From Phoronis australis (taxonomy: Eukaryota; Animalia; Phoronida): a DNA stretch of 64,000 nucleotides. The notes under the pieces are model-generated. The model had not been told where the DNA came from, did not search any database, and saw nothing but the letters and a program-made list of their open reading frames with translations. The DNA is taken from NCBI GenBank assembly GCA_002633005.1, contig NMRA01000118.1:248707-312706 (forward strand), in the 5' to 3' direction. Positions within the stretch are counted from its first letter, which is position 1; every line of letters begins with the position of its first letter. Shown here one piece after another: positions 30,001 to 45,000 of this stretch. Made by a program: the position numbers and the translations under genes.

Positions 30001-33000
30001 TTGATATTTTGTCCAAATCTTAGGCCAACAGGATCTGCATACAAGTAGATAAGAAGGCGTGTCCTGTTTACCTCAGTATCCAGCAAAGTCCTTGGCATAT
30101 CAAAAGCTTGATGACTCCGTCACGGATTGAAATGAGGAAGTCACAATTCATATGCTTGACTGAGCATGCTGGATGAGATAATAGCAGTCGTAACCAAAAT
30201 GCCTGTTTAGCATACGAGTTTCAAAGTAAAAAACAACAAACTTACAATAAACTTAAGGCAAATGACCAATATGAGTGTTTTTAAAATTGAAAGTAAATAG
30301 TAGCCATCTTTGAATTTTAAAAATTAATGTAGTATAAGAGAAATTATAACAAGGTTTTCTTCAGCATCACTGCTAAATCATGAGCATTGATTAAATTTGT
30401 GAATGGATTAGGACGGGTAGTCACACTTAGGCATTCTGGGTAACAAAACCCCAACCATTAGCCTACGGGTTGTCTCATGCAAAGTGTGGTTTTGTGTTTA
30501 TTATGAGTCAACTATTACAATCAGTCGACAAAAGACAGACATTGTCTGCATAACCTGTGAATGGCAAAGCATCCCAATTCCTTTCCTTTCTCAACCACGT
30601 TCGTTGCAACAAGGTCATCAATGCAAGAGTATTTTTAGTGCACACTTCAAATGTGACCATAGTCCATCAAATGAATTCAAAAAGCTTAGGAAAAATCGAG
30701 TTAGTTAGTATAACAAGAAATTGGGATGATCCTAAGGAAATATTTTGCAGTTTAAAGTAATACAGTGTACAATGCTCACTGTCCCCACCCATGCTCACTG
30801 CAGGGATATACTTAGCCACTCACCCAGTCGCAAATGCGAGTGAAAATGGTGCTGGGCGAGTAGAAGTTCACTTGCCACTCGCCCGTGTGGTGAGCAAATT
30901 TTCAGAGCACAAAAGCACTTCACCGTTTCACAGATGAAAATGAATAAATTTTCTCCTCCCTGTGTTGTTTTTATCATGAATTTAAGGTTAAGTTTGGTCC
31001 GCGTGTCGATGCTGCGGCAGTAAAAAACATCGGCTCAGTGCGCTCCTATCGAGTCAGTAGATGTTAACCGTTACGCGATTTGTCTAAACAAAAAGTCACA
31101 GTGAGTGTGACGTGTGGTGCGTCCTGCATAAAGGTGGACTAGTCCAAAACGAAGGAAAGGGGAGAAAAGAGTTACACCAGTCCATGAGCTCGCAGCGAGT
31201 GAAATACGATACTTCTTGGAACTGACTTCTTTTTGTACAGTGCAGCCAAGATTATTTTATAAATAATAAAACTGAAAACACATAAAAATAAAAAGTGGTT
31301 TTCCTTGATATGGTTATTAGCAAAATAAAATATCGCAATTTTTAGCTAGATTGACTCATACATTGTATAGACTGGTGCGGCCATGAGATTTCCAGGTGCA
31401 AAGGCTTTGTCCATATTTTGGTTCTGCCATATGATTTAGCAGTATGGCACAGTGTTTCCTCGGAGTAGCCACTGGCAAGACAATGAGTATTGTTCCCATC
31501 CCCTAAAAACTGTTCTAGTCCATGCACGAGGCAGAATCGTGATATGTACGTTGACTTGTGCACACTGGTGCATGTGCTATCGCCATGGGTGTTCTCATTT
31601 TCACTTGTCAAGTGTAACAATATGGACTTTTTAGAGATAGTCAGCCCCAGTGAGCTACATAGAGAGAGAGACAGAGAGAGGGAGAGGGAGCTGAATTTAT
31701 CTCACTGGTCAGCCCTCCTTCTAAGCAAACTGCGGCGGAAAAAAAGAAAATATCAGGAAAACAAGAGAAGGCGAGATTTTGAATCTTGATTGGCAGAAAG
31801 GGCGGGTCTAGTCTCAAGACACAGAAGACGGCGTGCAACTTTAATTAAAACGTAGTTACTGTGTTGGATGACGTATCGTCTTGCGTACTCAGCCAGCTAA
31901 CTGTAGGAAGACTATTGTACCACTGTGTTGAACTCCCCATCTTGCCCGTTATAGATGTTTAAATGAAGCATAATCTAATAAACGTCATTTTCTTAGGTCA
32001 TTCTCCGCCTTTTGTAACAAAGAAAAGTATGTCGTCCTTTTGAAAACAGTACGCTCATGACACGCCCACACGCCATTTACTAAAGTTTTACGAAATCTCT
32101 CGGGAGAACTTAGCTGAAAGCAAAATTTGTTCTGAAATTAGGTTTGCTGGTATTAAAACATAAATTATAATGAAGTGAAACAAATTGCAATAATTTGTTG
32201 TGACGTGCATGCAACCTCATGAAAGAACGACAGTTGATTGAAGAATCGGTGAAATAAGAAACTGGCCAATGGGTGACACAATATTTCAATGGCGACAAAA
32301 GTCGACATAAAGATAGTGCCTCAATTTTTAGCAGCCAATAATGACAGAACGCCGACTATTCCAACAAGGGTAAATACCTTAATGTTTTCAAGGAAGAGTT
32401 TAGTTTTTAAAGACACTAATTTTGTGTCAGATTTTATCTGGTCAGTCTTTTAACCACATCGGCACATAACAAGGCTATGTCGCACGTTGCTGGGAATTCA
32501 TCAACGTCGAAAGTTTCTTTGGTAGGAATTCTACATTTTCTAAAAACGATACTAGCCCTAATAGATGGTGACATCAATGCACAAAAAAATCAGTTTTATT
32601 GGCGTTGCCAGCAATTTGTGGTGACCTATGCAAAACGCCAGGCAACTGAACTTTGGGCTGGGCGAGTAGATTTTCTTGCTCACTCGCCCAGCTGGCTAGC
32701 AGGGTTTTGAAACCTGGGTGTACCCCTGCACTGTACCGTAAATGCTCACTGTCATGCCAATACTCACTGATCCATAAATACTCACCGCCGAGCCCTTTCA
32801 ACAATTCTTTCACCAAGATTACGACATCATGTACATTGAGAAAGGCAACGTTTTGTTCTGCTGTCAATGTGTTTGGGATTGGAAGGCGGACATACACAAG
32901 CATTTTCTTCAGGTTGTCTTGTAAAAGACTAGGAAAAAATACCAAATTGTCAACATTTTGAAATTGTACTAGCATGCAGCCATGGTAACTTTAGTGCTGC

Positions 33001-36000
33001 ATGATCAGGGAAGTATAAAGCCCCGCAAAGACTCTGTTTGAGTCACAGATTAAAAATCTCATATCTCTGCTGAACTCAACTTTCCTCATCTGTGGAAGAA
33101 GAAATTAAAGCACGACTACCCGGCTAGTTCTCGAAAGATTAAGCTGCATAATGTTCCTGAGCTATGACGAAAAAAACAAGCAACAATTTATCACATCCCG
33201 GCCAATTACATGGGAATGGTGTTTACAGATTTTGCTACACCCAGACTAGGTTAGGCGAGGTTCTTTACCCGGCGTAGTCACTTAAGGCATTCAGGTGACA
33301 GCAGAGTACTGAAATGGGGTAATCACCTGCTCCTTTATTGTTCAAAAGTAGTGGGCCTGTAATTATTTCCAATAGATTACTGAAAGTATATTGCATTTGG
33401 AAACACAAAGGTATGACAATGTAAGATCTACAGGTGATTGGGATGAGTATACGATGTAATTTCCAAATGTAACAAACAAGGGAAGCCATCATAAAATTCT
33501 GGTGTCAGAGCTGCAAAACACTTTGCAACTGAAAACTTATACGAATATCAAAAAGAAATACACTGTAACATTATACCTGAAGACTACTGTTTGAAAGTGA
33601 CCAACTGATGCACAGCATTGTGGGTAAATACCGCATATAAGAGAGGGTGCAATATCAGGGATTGAGAAATTTGTAATTGCTTAAAGCACCATGTTCTGTA
33701 CGATTATTCACTTAGCTCACATTAAAATAATTACACAATTTCAAATAAATACGAGGCTGTTAATTGAATTAAATAGCTGCAATTACTGAAATGTTGCTTA
33801 AAGGAATCTCTACAGTACAAACCAAGCTGACAATAGACTGACACTCGTTAACAATAGCTAGTAGGTTAGCTTAAAAAAGACTACTAAATGCAAGAAAGTT
33901 ATATCAGACATTTCTTAAACAAGAGCAACACGGAGCATTGAAATGCGCCCACGAATGCATTGCAAACGGTGTGTTCTAGAGTTGTTTATTTGTATCATAA
34001 TAATGACCACTAGATGACACAAAACATCCAATCCATCTGAAAACGAAACATGCCATCGCATCTTTAACAGAAAGTTATTTACCAAATTTCATAAAAATCT
34101 GTCGAGGAACTTCAGAGAAACAAAGGAAAACAGAAAAAAAGGAAATTGCCACTAGGGGCACAGCGTCCGAATGAAAGTCGTCATCTATTGTTAACTTCAT
34201 ATAAATACACTTACTAATTAATAAAGATTCTGCAGTATGTTAAGGAGATACAGCTGCTATGGGCGCAAAATAAAAAAAAATACCATTAGGAGGCACCACA
34301 ATAGTCGAAGTCATCATTGTCAACCGTCTTCTTCCCATCGAGAACATATACGCCAATTTTCAAAATCATTGTTAGAATGGTTTGGTTGATAGAGGGGTGG
34401 ACGCCAAAAACAATAAAAATGGCCCTTAGATGGCGCAAAATACGTCGAATCCATCCGAAAACGGGAGGATAGCGTCACCTCACCAATAGATGCATATATT
34501 CCAAATTTTGTGAAACTCTGTTGAAGACCTTCGAATATACAGGTAAACGTAAAAATCTTGCCACTAGGGGGCACATTAGTTGTCCTATCCGTGCAAAAAC
34601 CGTCGTCGTTTGTTGTCAACATCATATAAATACAGTGTCTAACTAAATTTAGTAAAGATCCAGCAAACGGTTAAGGCGATATAGCCATGGGTGCAAAAAA
34701 ACAAAACTGACACTAGGAGGTGCTGCAGTCATCGAAGTCCTGGGAAAATCATCGTCAGCCATCTTCTTCATAGTAAGAACATACACGCCGATTTTCACAA
34801 TCATCCTTAGAGTAGTTTGGTTAACAGAAGGATGGATGTCAAAAAACAGATTCGAGAACAGTAAAAATGGCCACAGGGTGGCGCATAATACCTCGCATCC
34901 ACCTCAGTGAAAACGGGAGGATATCGTCATCTCACTAACAGATGCCAATATCCCAGAATTTATGAAAATATGTTGAGGACTTTGAAGATACAGACTCGGA
35001 GGTAAACATAAAAAACTACTGTAACAATTGCCACTAAGGGGGTGCACCAGAAGTCCGATCCAAGTGAAAGTCGTCTTCCTCCGTTGTCAACATCACATAA
35101 TGTACTTTCTTAATTTAGTAAAGATCCTCCAAACGGTCTAGGAGATAGTGCCATGGGCGTAAAAAAAACAAAACTGCCACTAGGAGGCGCCACAGTAATC
35201 TAAAACTACCACGAGGGGGCACACCGATACTCAGAGAGGTCCAAAATTTGTCGTCATCTGCCGTGAGCTTCATAGGAACGCAACTGCCAAATCTCATCAA
35301 GACCCTGTGAGGGGTTTAGGAGATACAGCTGCGGACGTTGGACGCCCAGACAGAGATGACGGCAATAGGTGACCACATATAACTATGTGGGCGCATAAAA
35401 ACAGACAGTAGGACACATTCTCATAGCTCAACATTGTGGCCAAATTCGGCTAAATCTGGCGACACCATATCTCAAGATCCAGCTGTTGTCAAAAATGCAG
35501 TCAGGAATTGTTTTCCAAATATTCCACTTTTGCACGAGAAGCTTTAAAAAATGAGTTTTGTTGTGATTTTCATGAAAAAGGAGCATGAAACAAAAACAAA
35601 CTGATAATTTAGAAAAGTGCAACTTACAGCGTTTTTCAGTTTTTATCTTGTACATTGTATCAAACGAAATTTGGTCAATGTAACTGACACCATAGTTATG
35701 GCGTAACAGTGAGGAAATTCTGTTGTTAGATAACTGAAGGCCAATCTCGCTCTTAAATTGTGACAAATTGATCAAAAACCATAAGAATTTATAAGTACAT
35801 GGACAAATTGATTCACCCTGATCAGACATCATTACCTAAAAGGTATATTGGCCAAAATATTTGAATAGTTAAAGATTTGATGAAATATTACCAACAAATT
35901 AAATTCAATGGCAATATTCCTGGACTTCAAGAAAGCATACAACACCTTTAATTTGGATTACTTGATGTTCAAAACTCTGAAAGTCTTCAATTTTGGACAA

Positions 36001-39000
36001 GGTGTAAAAAAGGTTGCAGGTGGCCTGATGCCTTTTGGGGTACATCAGGCGTGTTCAGGCCACAAGGTCGGGCCCATTACACTAATCACCTGGTTATGAC
36101 TCATGGAGACACGACATCATTGGATTCCTCATGGGTAAAATACTCCAATCTGCCTGTTTGTTTCAGAAAGACAGAAAGACTATTAAACCTGTATGAACTA
36201 ACAATGTTAACCAGGCAGGTTATGTGTCCATCAAGTAGTAGATTACCGTGTCTATTACAGGTAGGGCAAATCTCCACCAGATGTTGAGGAGTCTCAGCCT
36301 CCAAGCCACAGTTGGGACACAATGAACATACCACGTGGCCTGTGATGTTACAATGCTGAGGTAGGTTGCAGTGTCCAGTAATAACCTGGATCAGCTGCCT
36401 CATAGCAAGCCTATCTAAACACGATTACAGTAACTGTTTCTTTGAACCTTTTGGTTCAATAGGACTTGGAAAAAGTTGTTTGGTTTGTCTGCAGGCAGAG
36501 AGGAGTAATAAGTAATTTAAAAATACAAATTTTGTATAACAAAGCATCAGCATGTTTGCTAAATAAGGGAATCATTACTCAGTACTTTGACATTGAAAGA
36601 GGCTTACGACAGGGTGATCCGCTGTCAAGACCCCTTTTTTGTGTTATGTGCAGAACTTATGTCACATTTCATTAGAAAGAACTATTATTTTCATGATTTA
36701 AAAATTTGTAATTATGAAATCAAAATAACCCAATACGCGGATGACACCATTTTGTTCAATGAAGATGAGAATTCCTGAAAAGCATGTTTTAAATTTTTAA
36801 AACTATTTGGTAACATTTCTGGCTTACATTTAAACCCTGAAAAGAGCAAAATTTTATATATTTCTGCACGAGGTGCTGCCCATTGTCTTCAAAAAATGTA
36901 GAATATCTCTTGGCCACGTAAACCTAGTATAAAAACTCTAGGACTATATTTCGGACAAAGTGACAAAGAAGTTGAAAAGCTAAATTATGGTGATAAAATT
37001 CAGAAATTAAAAGATCTATTACATATTTGGAAAACTATACATTTGACGCCCATGGGGAGGATTCATGTTGTAGAAACTCACGGTTTGTCTAGGTGGATTC
37101 ACGTTTTAGCCAATATCGAAGTTACAAAAAATAGGATTGTAGAAGTAGATAAAATAATTAGAGGTTTTATTTGGCGTGGAAAACCACTAAGAATAAAGGA
37201 ACAACTGCACTTCAATATGAAGAGGGGGGTTAAAATGTCCTAGTGTGGAAATAATTAAAAACAGCGTCATATTCAATTGGGTCAAATGTTTAAATTCAGG
37301 AGGAAATGGAAGTTGGAAATTTTATTCCAAGTCTCTTTTAACTAAATTGGGTGGTGACTTTGTTTTCTTTTCAAACTTCTGTTTAAGAAATTTGAAAATA
37401 TCAATTAACAATTCCTTTAGTTTATAATGAAGTGTTTAAAAGCTTAGATGGCTGGGAATAAGCGAGTTCTCACGAAGACAACACTGTTTGGCAAGTGTTA
37501 TCTTCCTGACTGTGAAAAAAGTGCCTGAAGCAGAAATCTGCGGTGCTAACGGCTTCACTAACAAGTCAACACTCACCTTAAATTACCAAATACACGCGCA
37601 TAAGGGTCCACCTTTGCCAAGGCAGTACCCCAAAGTGTTCCATTGGCCAACAGTGGCTCAATGTATCTTTTTCGACCTATTTGGCCAAGTGAATCGAACA
37701 TGCCAACAAATGTCCTTATGTCTTCTAGTAACTTTGGGGGCTCAAAGCGCACAGGATATGCATAGCTTGGTGTCATCAACTGAAATAAGACCAAAGTATT
37801 TTCAATTAATACCACCACACAGTGATTAAACAGAAGACACGACCATGAAACCGCTAAAGATTTTGTAACTTAGGAAACAAAATTGACCTAGGTCTTCCCA
37901 AAAACTGTCTAAACATAAAAATCATCATCAAGTGAAGGTTCTTGGACCAATGACATTGCCAGTGAAATCAAATGCATTGCAATGTTTTCAATGCTCAAAG
38001 AGAGCAACTGGTTTCTAAGATGAAAAGGACTTTACAAATGACAATTGAACAGCCCAGTTTAGTTGGAGTTGACCAACCCTTAGGAAAGTAACTGTTCTTT
38101 TTCTGTCTGAATGGTCAGTTGGATGTAAGAATAACGTTATAACTGTAAGTTTGGAAGGTTAACAATTAAGTTGGGTGAGGTTGCGTGTTACCAACTTTGT
38201 CTTTCAGGCAGTGAGCAATGCCACTTTAAAAGTAATTTTCTGCCTAACTATGAAGCAATTGTCAGCAGTACATAATATGTCGCACGTAAAATTACTACCT
38301 TATAAACATCAATCTGTAAATTTGCTACGTAAAAAGAAATTGGTACCCTTACAGCTTGACAATAGGACATAACACATGCTCCACTTAGAGAGCACTCATG
38401 ACCTGAAAATACAGTAACTGCAGATTGAACAAGTGAACTTGTGGTTTACAGGCTCCCGAGTACCATAAGAAATGTCCAAATACTTTTTCTTTCCCCAACC
38501 AAGCGCAAGATGGAGTTACTTAAAGTCAGCACATTGGCAGTTAAATGCTGCACAAAGCTATCACATACCCACATCTTCAGTTCATCCATCACTTTATGCA
38601 AGCCAAGCTCCCGCCAGAGGGCGCCGTACACAAGATCTTTGCAAAACAGGTCAAGGATGTCTTTCATTTTGGTTCCGCCTTCGATAGTGAGGTAGCCATC
38701 CAAAAATGACGTGTCGGTGCACATGTCCTTGGAATCACTGAACAGAGCATCTAACACTTTGTCCAGCATGTCATGCATCTACAAGAATTAGTTATCACAG
38801 GTAAATCCACCTTTAGTGAAATATTACACAAACCACCTTGATATATCAGAAATAATTAAATTACAAATTGTCTTACCTGTCCTTCAGCACATTGTCCAAA
38901 AACAGGAGGAAGGTTCCTGATACACATAGCATTTACATTGACATTGACCTCCTTTTAGAAATGTCGGGCTGATTCTAGGAATTATCTACTAGGAAACTAT

Positions 39001-42000
39001 CGAAACTTAGGATAACTCTCATGGTTATTCAATTTTCTGCTGTTGGAGTTACAGTCCACAGCAAAGGATGCAGGAAAGTCAAAAACATGCAGTCGAGTAA
39101 AACAGAAAAAAGAAAGGCACCAACAGCACTCGATTTGGTGACGTGCAGCGACAAGACGTACTTCATCATGTCACTATATAGTGATAACACTGCAGTAATA
39201 GCCACAGATTAAAGGGTGCACTAAACTGTTAGAAATCTAACATTCCTGACAGTTGCAGCATGCGGGCAACCCATGGCAATTTTTGAACAGTTACAATGGT
39301 TAAGGTTTTGATGAGGATTCATAACTAAATATATCCCAAATTGTCAAGAACCACACAATTGAGGATTTTGAAAAGATTTGCCTGGCGAGCTAATGATAAC
39401 CAGCACAGTAAAAATTGTATGATTGCAGGCTAATGAGTGTTCAATACATGCCCGAATACAAGTGTTCCCTACTTGTTAACAAATTTCCCTACTCGCTAAC
39501 AAGTACCCGTTAACTACTAAGAAGTGTTCTCTACCTGCTATCAAGTGTCTCTTACGTGACAACAAGTGTTCCCTACCTGCTTACAAGTGTTACCTACCTG
39601 CTTACAAGTGTTTCCAACCTGCCAGAAAGTGTTCTCTACCTACTAACCAGTGTCTCTTACATGACAAACAGTGTTCCATACTTGCTAACAAGTATCCCCT
39701 TCTTGCCAACAACTATCACCCACCTGGTAACAAGCGTCCATTCGCTGGTAACAAATGTTAATATTCTCAACCAGCAAAGAAGTCCTCTACTTGCTAAGAA
39801 GTGTCCCTTTCTTGAAACTTATAGTGTTCCCTATACTTGTTAACAAGTTTCACCCATGCGGGCCTGATTCCGTACAGAAAGTTTCACACAAATTGGCCAC
39901 GATTATGCAAGAACACGCAGTCACACAAGTGAAAGACTACGCAGTCACACAAGTGAAAGACTACGCAGTCACACGATTGAAAGACTACGCAGTCACACGA
40001 GTGAAAGACTACGCAGTCACACGAGTGAATGACCACGCAGTCACACGAGTGAAAGACTACGCAGTCACACGAGTGAAAGACTACGCAGTCACACGAGTGA
40101 ATGACCACGCAGTCACACGAGTGAAAGACTATGCAATCACACCAGTGAATGACCACACAGCCACATCAGTGAAAGACCACGCAGTCACACCAGTGAATGA
40201 CCACGCAGTCACAACAGTGAAAGACCACGCAGTCACACCAGTGAATGACCACGCAGTCACACGAGTGAAAGCTGGCAATTAGTAATACACGAGCAGCTTC
40301 AGGAGCAAAAATCTGTCACTGAAAGTGATTGGTCAGCAGGTTTGGAATGTTGAATTACGGGATAGAATTCAATGATCTTGTTCCTGAGTGGAGATTTTTT
40401 TCACAACAAGATCCTCGTGAGAGCCTATGTTCTTTATTACCTAATAACACCTATTGTCCCTCAGCAGCTAGGAAGTGCCATGCAGTCAACAAGTGTCCAT
40501 GTCACCAAGTGCCCTACCAGTCAACAACTGCCCATTGTTACCAAGTGCCCTACCAGTCAACAACTGTTACCAATTGCTCTTCCAGTCCACAAGTGCCCAT
40601 GTTACCAAGTGCCCTGCCAGTCAACAAGTTCCCGTTGTTATCAAGTGCCCTGCCAGTCAACAACTGTCTATAAATTGTTATCAAGTGCCCTGCCAGTCAA
40701 CAACTGTCCATAAATTGTTATCAAGTGCCCTGCCAGTCAACAACTGTCCATAAATTGTTATCAAAAGCCCTGCCAGTCAACAACTGTCCATTGTTACCAA
40801 GTGTCCCCCAACATGCTAACAGTGTCCCCTTTCTGCAGACATTTAGTGTTTCATACCTGCCAACAAGTGATCCATACAAGTGTCCCCTATCTGCTAACAA
40901 ATGTCCCTCTCTGCTAACAAATGTCCCTCTCTACTAACAAATGTCCCTCTCTGCTAACAAATGTCCCTCTCTGTTAACAAATGTCTCTCCCTGCAAACAA
41001 GTATCTCAGCAAGTCTCCATCCCCTATCCACCAACTACAGGTACGCCTATTTGGAATTAGGTTTCCCAATCATCAACAACGGTGCCTTACCTTTTTAGGA
41101 TTGGACAGAGACAACTGTCCAAAGGCAGATACTATATGTGGCAGCTTATCCATCATGTCCATGACTTTCTTCATCTGAGGTAACTTCTTGAAATTACCAA
41201 TAATATCTTCGCTGGATGTAAACTCTGAATAATACATTAAACAGAATTAAAGCTGCTGCAATATGCATTGCATAACATTTAGGGTAATGACAACCAGTTA
41301 CTAGATTCACTATTATATTGCATTAATATAGATTGTTTATCCTAATGTAATGTTTTCTCCATGTATAATGAACATGTAATACACCTTCTTCTACTTGAAA
41401 TGTCTTTCATAAATTTGAAAGACAGTAAAACCTCAGCTGGAAACCTTTTGTCTGAAAGTCCACAATGTAAATCACCAAGTCCCATGGGCACAGCAGCCGA
41501 GCCCTGATAACAGATCTAATCCAAAGTGTTTTAACAGAAGACGGGGTTACAGCTAAGCTTTTAACCAATGATCACAGATGGAGTCATTACTTAATGCTTT
41601 CTCATCCAATCAGATGGCCTACAATGTGCTACTCACACTTTAATTGCGGTGACATTCAAAACCATGAGAACATGACCACGCTTCACCAGGGAGTATTCAG
41701 AAAAACTTTGTGAATTAATAGTTTGTTCCTAATTTATAGCAGCTACAAACCTGCATTTGGTCCAGAATGTGAACTTCTGATTCATATCACCTCTCACTAT
41801 AAAACTGGTCTCAACCTGTTTCTCACTCAGATGAGAAGTGATTTCTGGGATTGCAAAGAAGTGACTGTTCATTACTCTGCAACACCATGCTTGGTGCATT
41901 AAACGACATGGTGTGACATGAAATGACACGTTGTGACATTAAATGACACATTAAATGACACATTGTGATATTAAATGACACGTTGTGATATTAAATGACA

Positions 42001-45000
42001 TGTTGCGACATTAAATGACACCTTGTGTCAAACCAATTTATAGAGCTTTTTTTTAAAGCCCTGAAATCACCTCCAGTCTGACAAAGGAATAATTCGTAAC
42101 CAATTTCATGAAAATACGACAGTACGTGCTCTAAATCAGAAGACAAATTATTTTTGTGATGTAATGTGAGAGAATTCTCGCATAGGCACACAATTGCACC
42201 CATGACTGCAGCGCAAATGGCAAGCTTCTAAGGGTCTTAATTAGTGTCATAAAAACTGACCAATATGGTGCACATTACATCAAACCTGACGAAAAATTTT
42301 AAGGTGACGTTGTCTCCCTAACAGAAAACTATTTGCCACGTTTCATAAAAATCTGCCACTTAGTTAAATGACAGAGCAAAGCCCAAAAATCACATCCCAC
42401 AGGCATAAAAAGAATCCTACAGTGATACCCTAACCGGTCGAGATTGGGCAACTCGACCAGTTTGCACACCACAGAATCTGCCAGTGAGATCTGATCAAAG
42501 ACACCAAGCTGTTGTGGTTAATTAAATTGCCTCGGAATGCTGCTGTTATCATTCTCTAGAAAATGAGACCATCTTAAACATATTGGGGGTGATTAAATTT
42601 TTGCTTTGAAAGTTTAATAGTTTGTGAAAAACAAACCTGATCAGGTTTTTGAATTTTGACAATTGGACCAAGAAATGTGACTTTCACAACCTAAAATTTC
42701 TGATTCATTCCTCATTAATTCTCCTGGGTGTGCAATATAATTGGCCTAATTACCAAACCACCAGGCAGCAGCTTGATTAGTAAGCCAAGTGTCATCATAC
42801 AATTCTTGGCATGGGTGGGCAAACAGTAACTGGACCCGTCCATCTTTTGTCAAGTCAATGGGAATAATCATCAACTTTCACAAAAATCCTGAACATGTTT
42901 AGATTTCGCAGAGTCCAAAAATGCCACTGTGGACACCAACGGCAGTAGTACCATCCTGAAATCCATATCACTCATGCTCTTGTCAGTGCAAGCACATTCT
43001 GTTAATTTTCATGATGATTGTCTTGGCAAATACAAGGACAGAGGACAAAAGTTAAATTAAAAATAATAAAAAGTGCATTGAGCCTGTTCGGAAATAGAAA
43101 TGTGCTGTAGTCACCATTATAAAAGCCTATTCCCTAAATTTCCTGAAAAACTATTAATAACTCTGATAATACAGAGACAACTAAAACTGCCACTTTGGAG
43201 CACAGCAGTAGTCAGATTTGTCCAAATTGATGTAGTAGTTGTTGTATTCAAAGAAAACACTTTTTCACAACATTCCTACAAAGGATTACAAAGATGCAGA
43301 ACCAAATGTTATAACGGAGTGCCACTGACAGTAGTCGGACATGTCCAAAAATCAACGTCAGCTGTAGCTTCCTCAAAAAATGATGTCTGCCAAATTTTCA
43401 TATTTCATAATCTTTCGAGCGGTTTGGCAAATGAAGAAGTGGAAGGCAAAAAAAACTGACTCAAAAAATAACAACGAGGCGGTGCAAACACTTGGAATCT
43501 GTTTGGAAATAGAGAGGCATAGTTGCCTCGATCCTTGTAGAAGCCCATTTGTCTAATTCGATAACTGAGGCAAACGCAAAAAAAACAATATGGTACAAGG
43601 AAATACAACAGAAACTTGTTATCATACAACATCAGCTCCATTAGGAACACATCTGCCAAATTTCACAAAGTTCTTTCAACAGGTTATGAGGATATACAGC
43701 CGCCGCGTATGCAAAGAAATGGACACTTGGTCGACACGACAAATCAACTTAGATCATGCTCTTTTCATCAGGGACACATTGCATAATTTCTTTAACGATA
43801 CCATGATCAGTTTGGCAGATAGAGAGGGGGACTCCAGATTAACACAGTAACGCAAATGGCCACAAGGTGGCGTAAAACACATCTATTCCATCAGAAAATG
43901 AAATGACACAACAGAATAATAGAAACCTATTTGCCAAATTTTATGAAAATCCATCAACGGACACGAAGATACAGAGGCCAGCTTAGCAAAATAAAATTAC
44001 AAGTAGGGGGCAGAACGGTGGTCCGATCAGTCCAAAACTCAAAGTCTATTGTCGTCAGCTTCGTAGGAACACATCAGTCAAATCTCATTAAGATCCTGTG
44101 AAGGGTTTAGGAGATAACGCAGCAGATGCCGCACACCAGATGCCCAGAGATGACTGCAATATGCACCCACATGTACATGTGGGAGCATAAAGACTTAAAG
44201 CCAGTGGTACGGACAATATGCATACCAGCCAACATGATACTAGAATGTCAGTTTGCTAAGCAAATAGCCCGGCATTTAATTCAAGGCCTAAACATAAGAC
44301 AACCAGTAAATGGACTCAAACTATGTGTCACCAAGCACATTCCCTGAGTTTTGTGCTTAGCAAACTGGCATTTGAATAAATTGACCAAGCACACAATTGA
44401 ATTCATCCCAACCACCCGACCTTCGTTTTTCAAGAGGATCTTCATTTACCTCATTCACATTCGATGAAAAAACACACTGCACCTACCTAGTACTTTGTTC
44501 ATCATGAACATGGCATGGCGCAAGCTATCATGTCCTTTGCTAACAAACTCCCTCATCTGTTCACACTGTCCCAGGCTTGTCAGCCACTTTAGCAGATTGT
44601 CGGATTTCCTGCAGTGTTATTTAACAATACGCATCATATCAATGGGCACAATTTGTGGTCAAAACTTTTTTTAATTGCTAAACATTGCTAAAATGCCAGG
44701 ATTATTTGTTAACACGAACTACTTATAACCTAAAGTTTGAAGATAGCAATTATGACTAGACCAAAACGTCAGCGTGCATGGCTCTAAGAGTTATTGATTT
44801 AAACAACACATCTTCGTACATGCCACTGAATGCAGCATAGTCTCAAACACATGAGGTGTTTTAACACGAACTAACAGGTTTGAGGCTACAAAATGCCGTT
44901 TTGAGATTATTGGGAGACTTCTTCATGAAAAGAATCTTATGTTGACACCATAACCAGCTGAGATTAGGCAATTCAACCAGTTTGCGTGCCTGGAAATCTG

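Noticed and set aside
30072-30202. Exon-like segment bounded by AG/GT
   Set aside because: In-frame TGA in the required phase; the flanking exons join correctly without it.
38877-38951. Possible extra phase 0-0 exon (EVNVNVNAMCIRNLPPVFGQCAEGQ) with a GTAAGA donor
   Set aside because: Weak AAG acceptor, not needed for phase, and it would break the 4-exon, ~228-aa pattern of the other two modules. Cannot be fully excluded without RNA data.
39755-40282. 175-aa ORF with VKDYAVTR repeats (and antisense FHSCDCVV ORF)
   Set aside because: An artefact of a stop-free 24-bp minisatellite inside an intron; no splice or start context.
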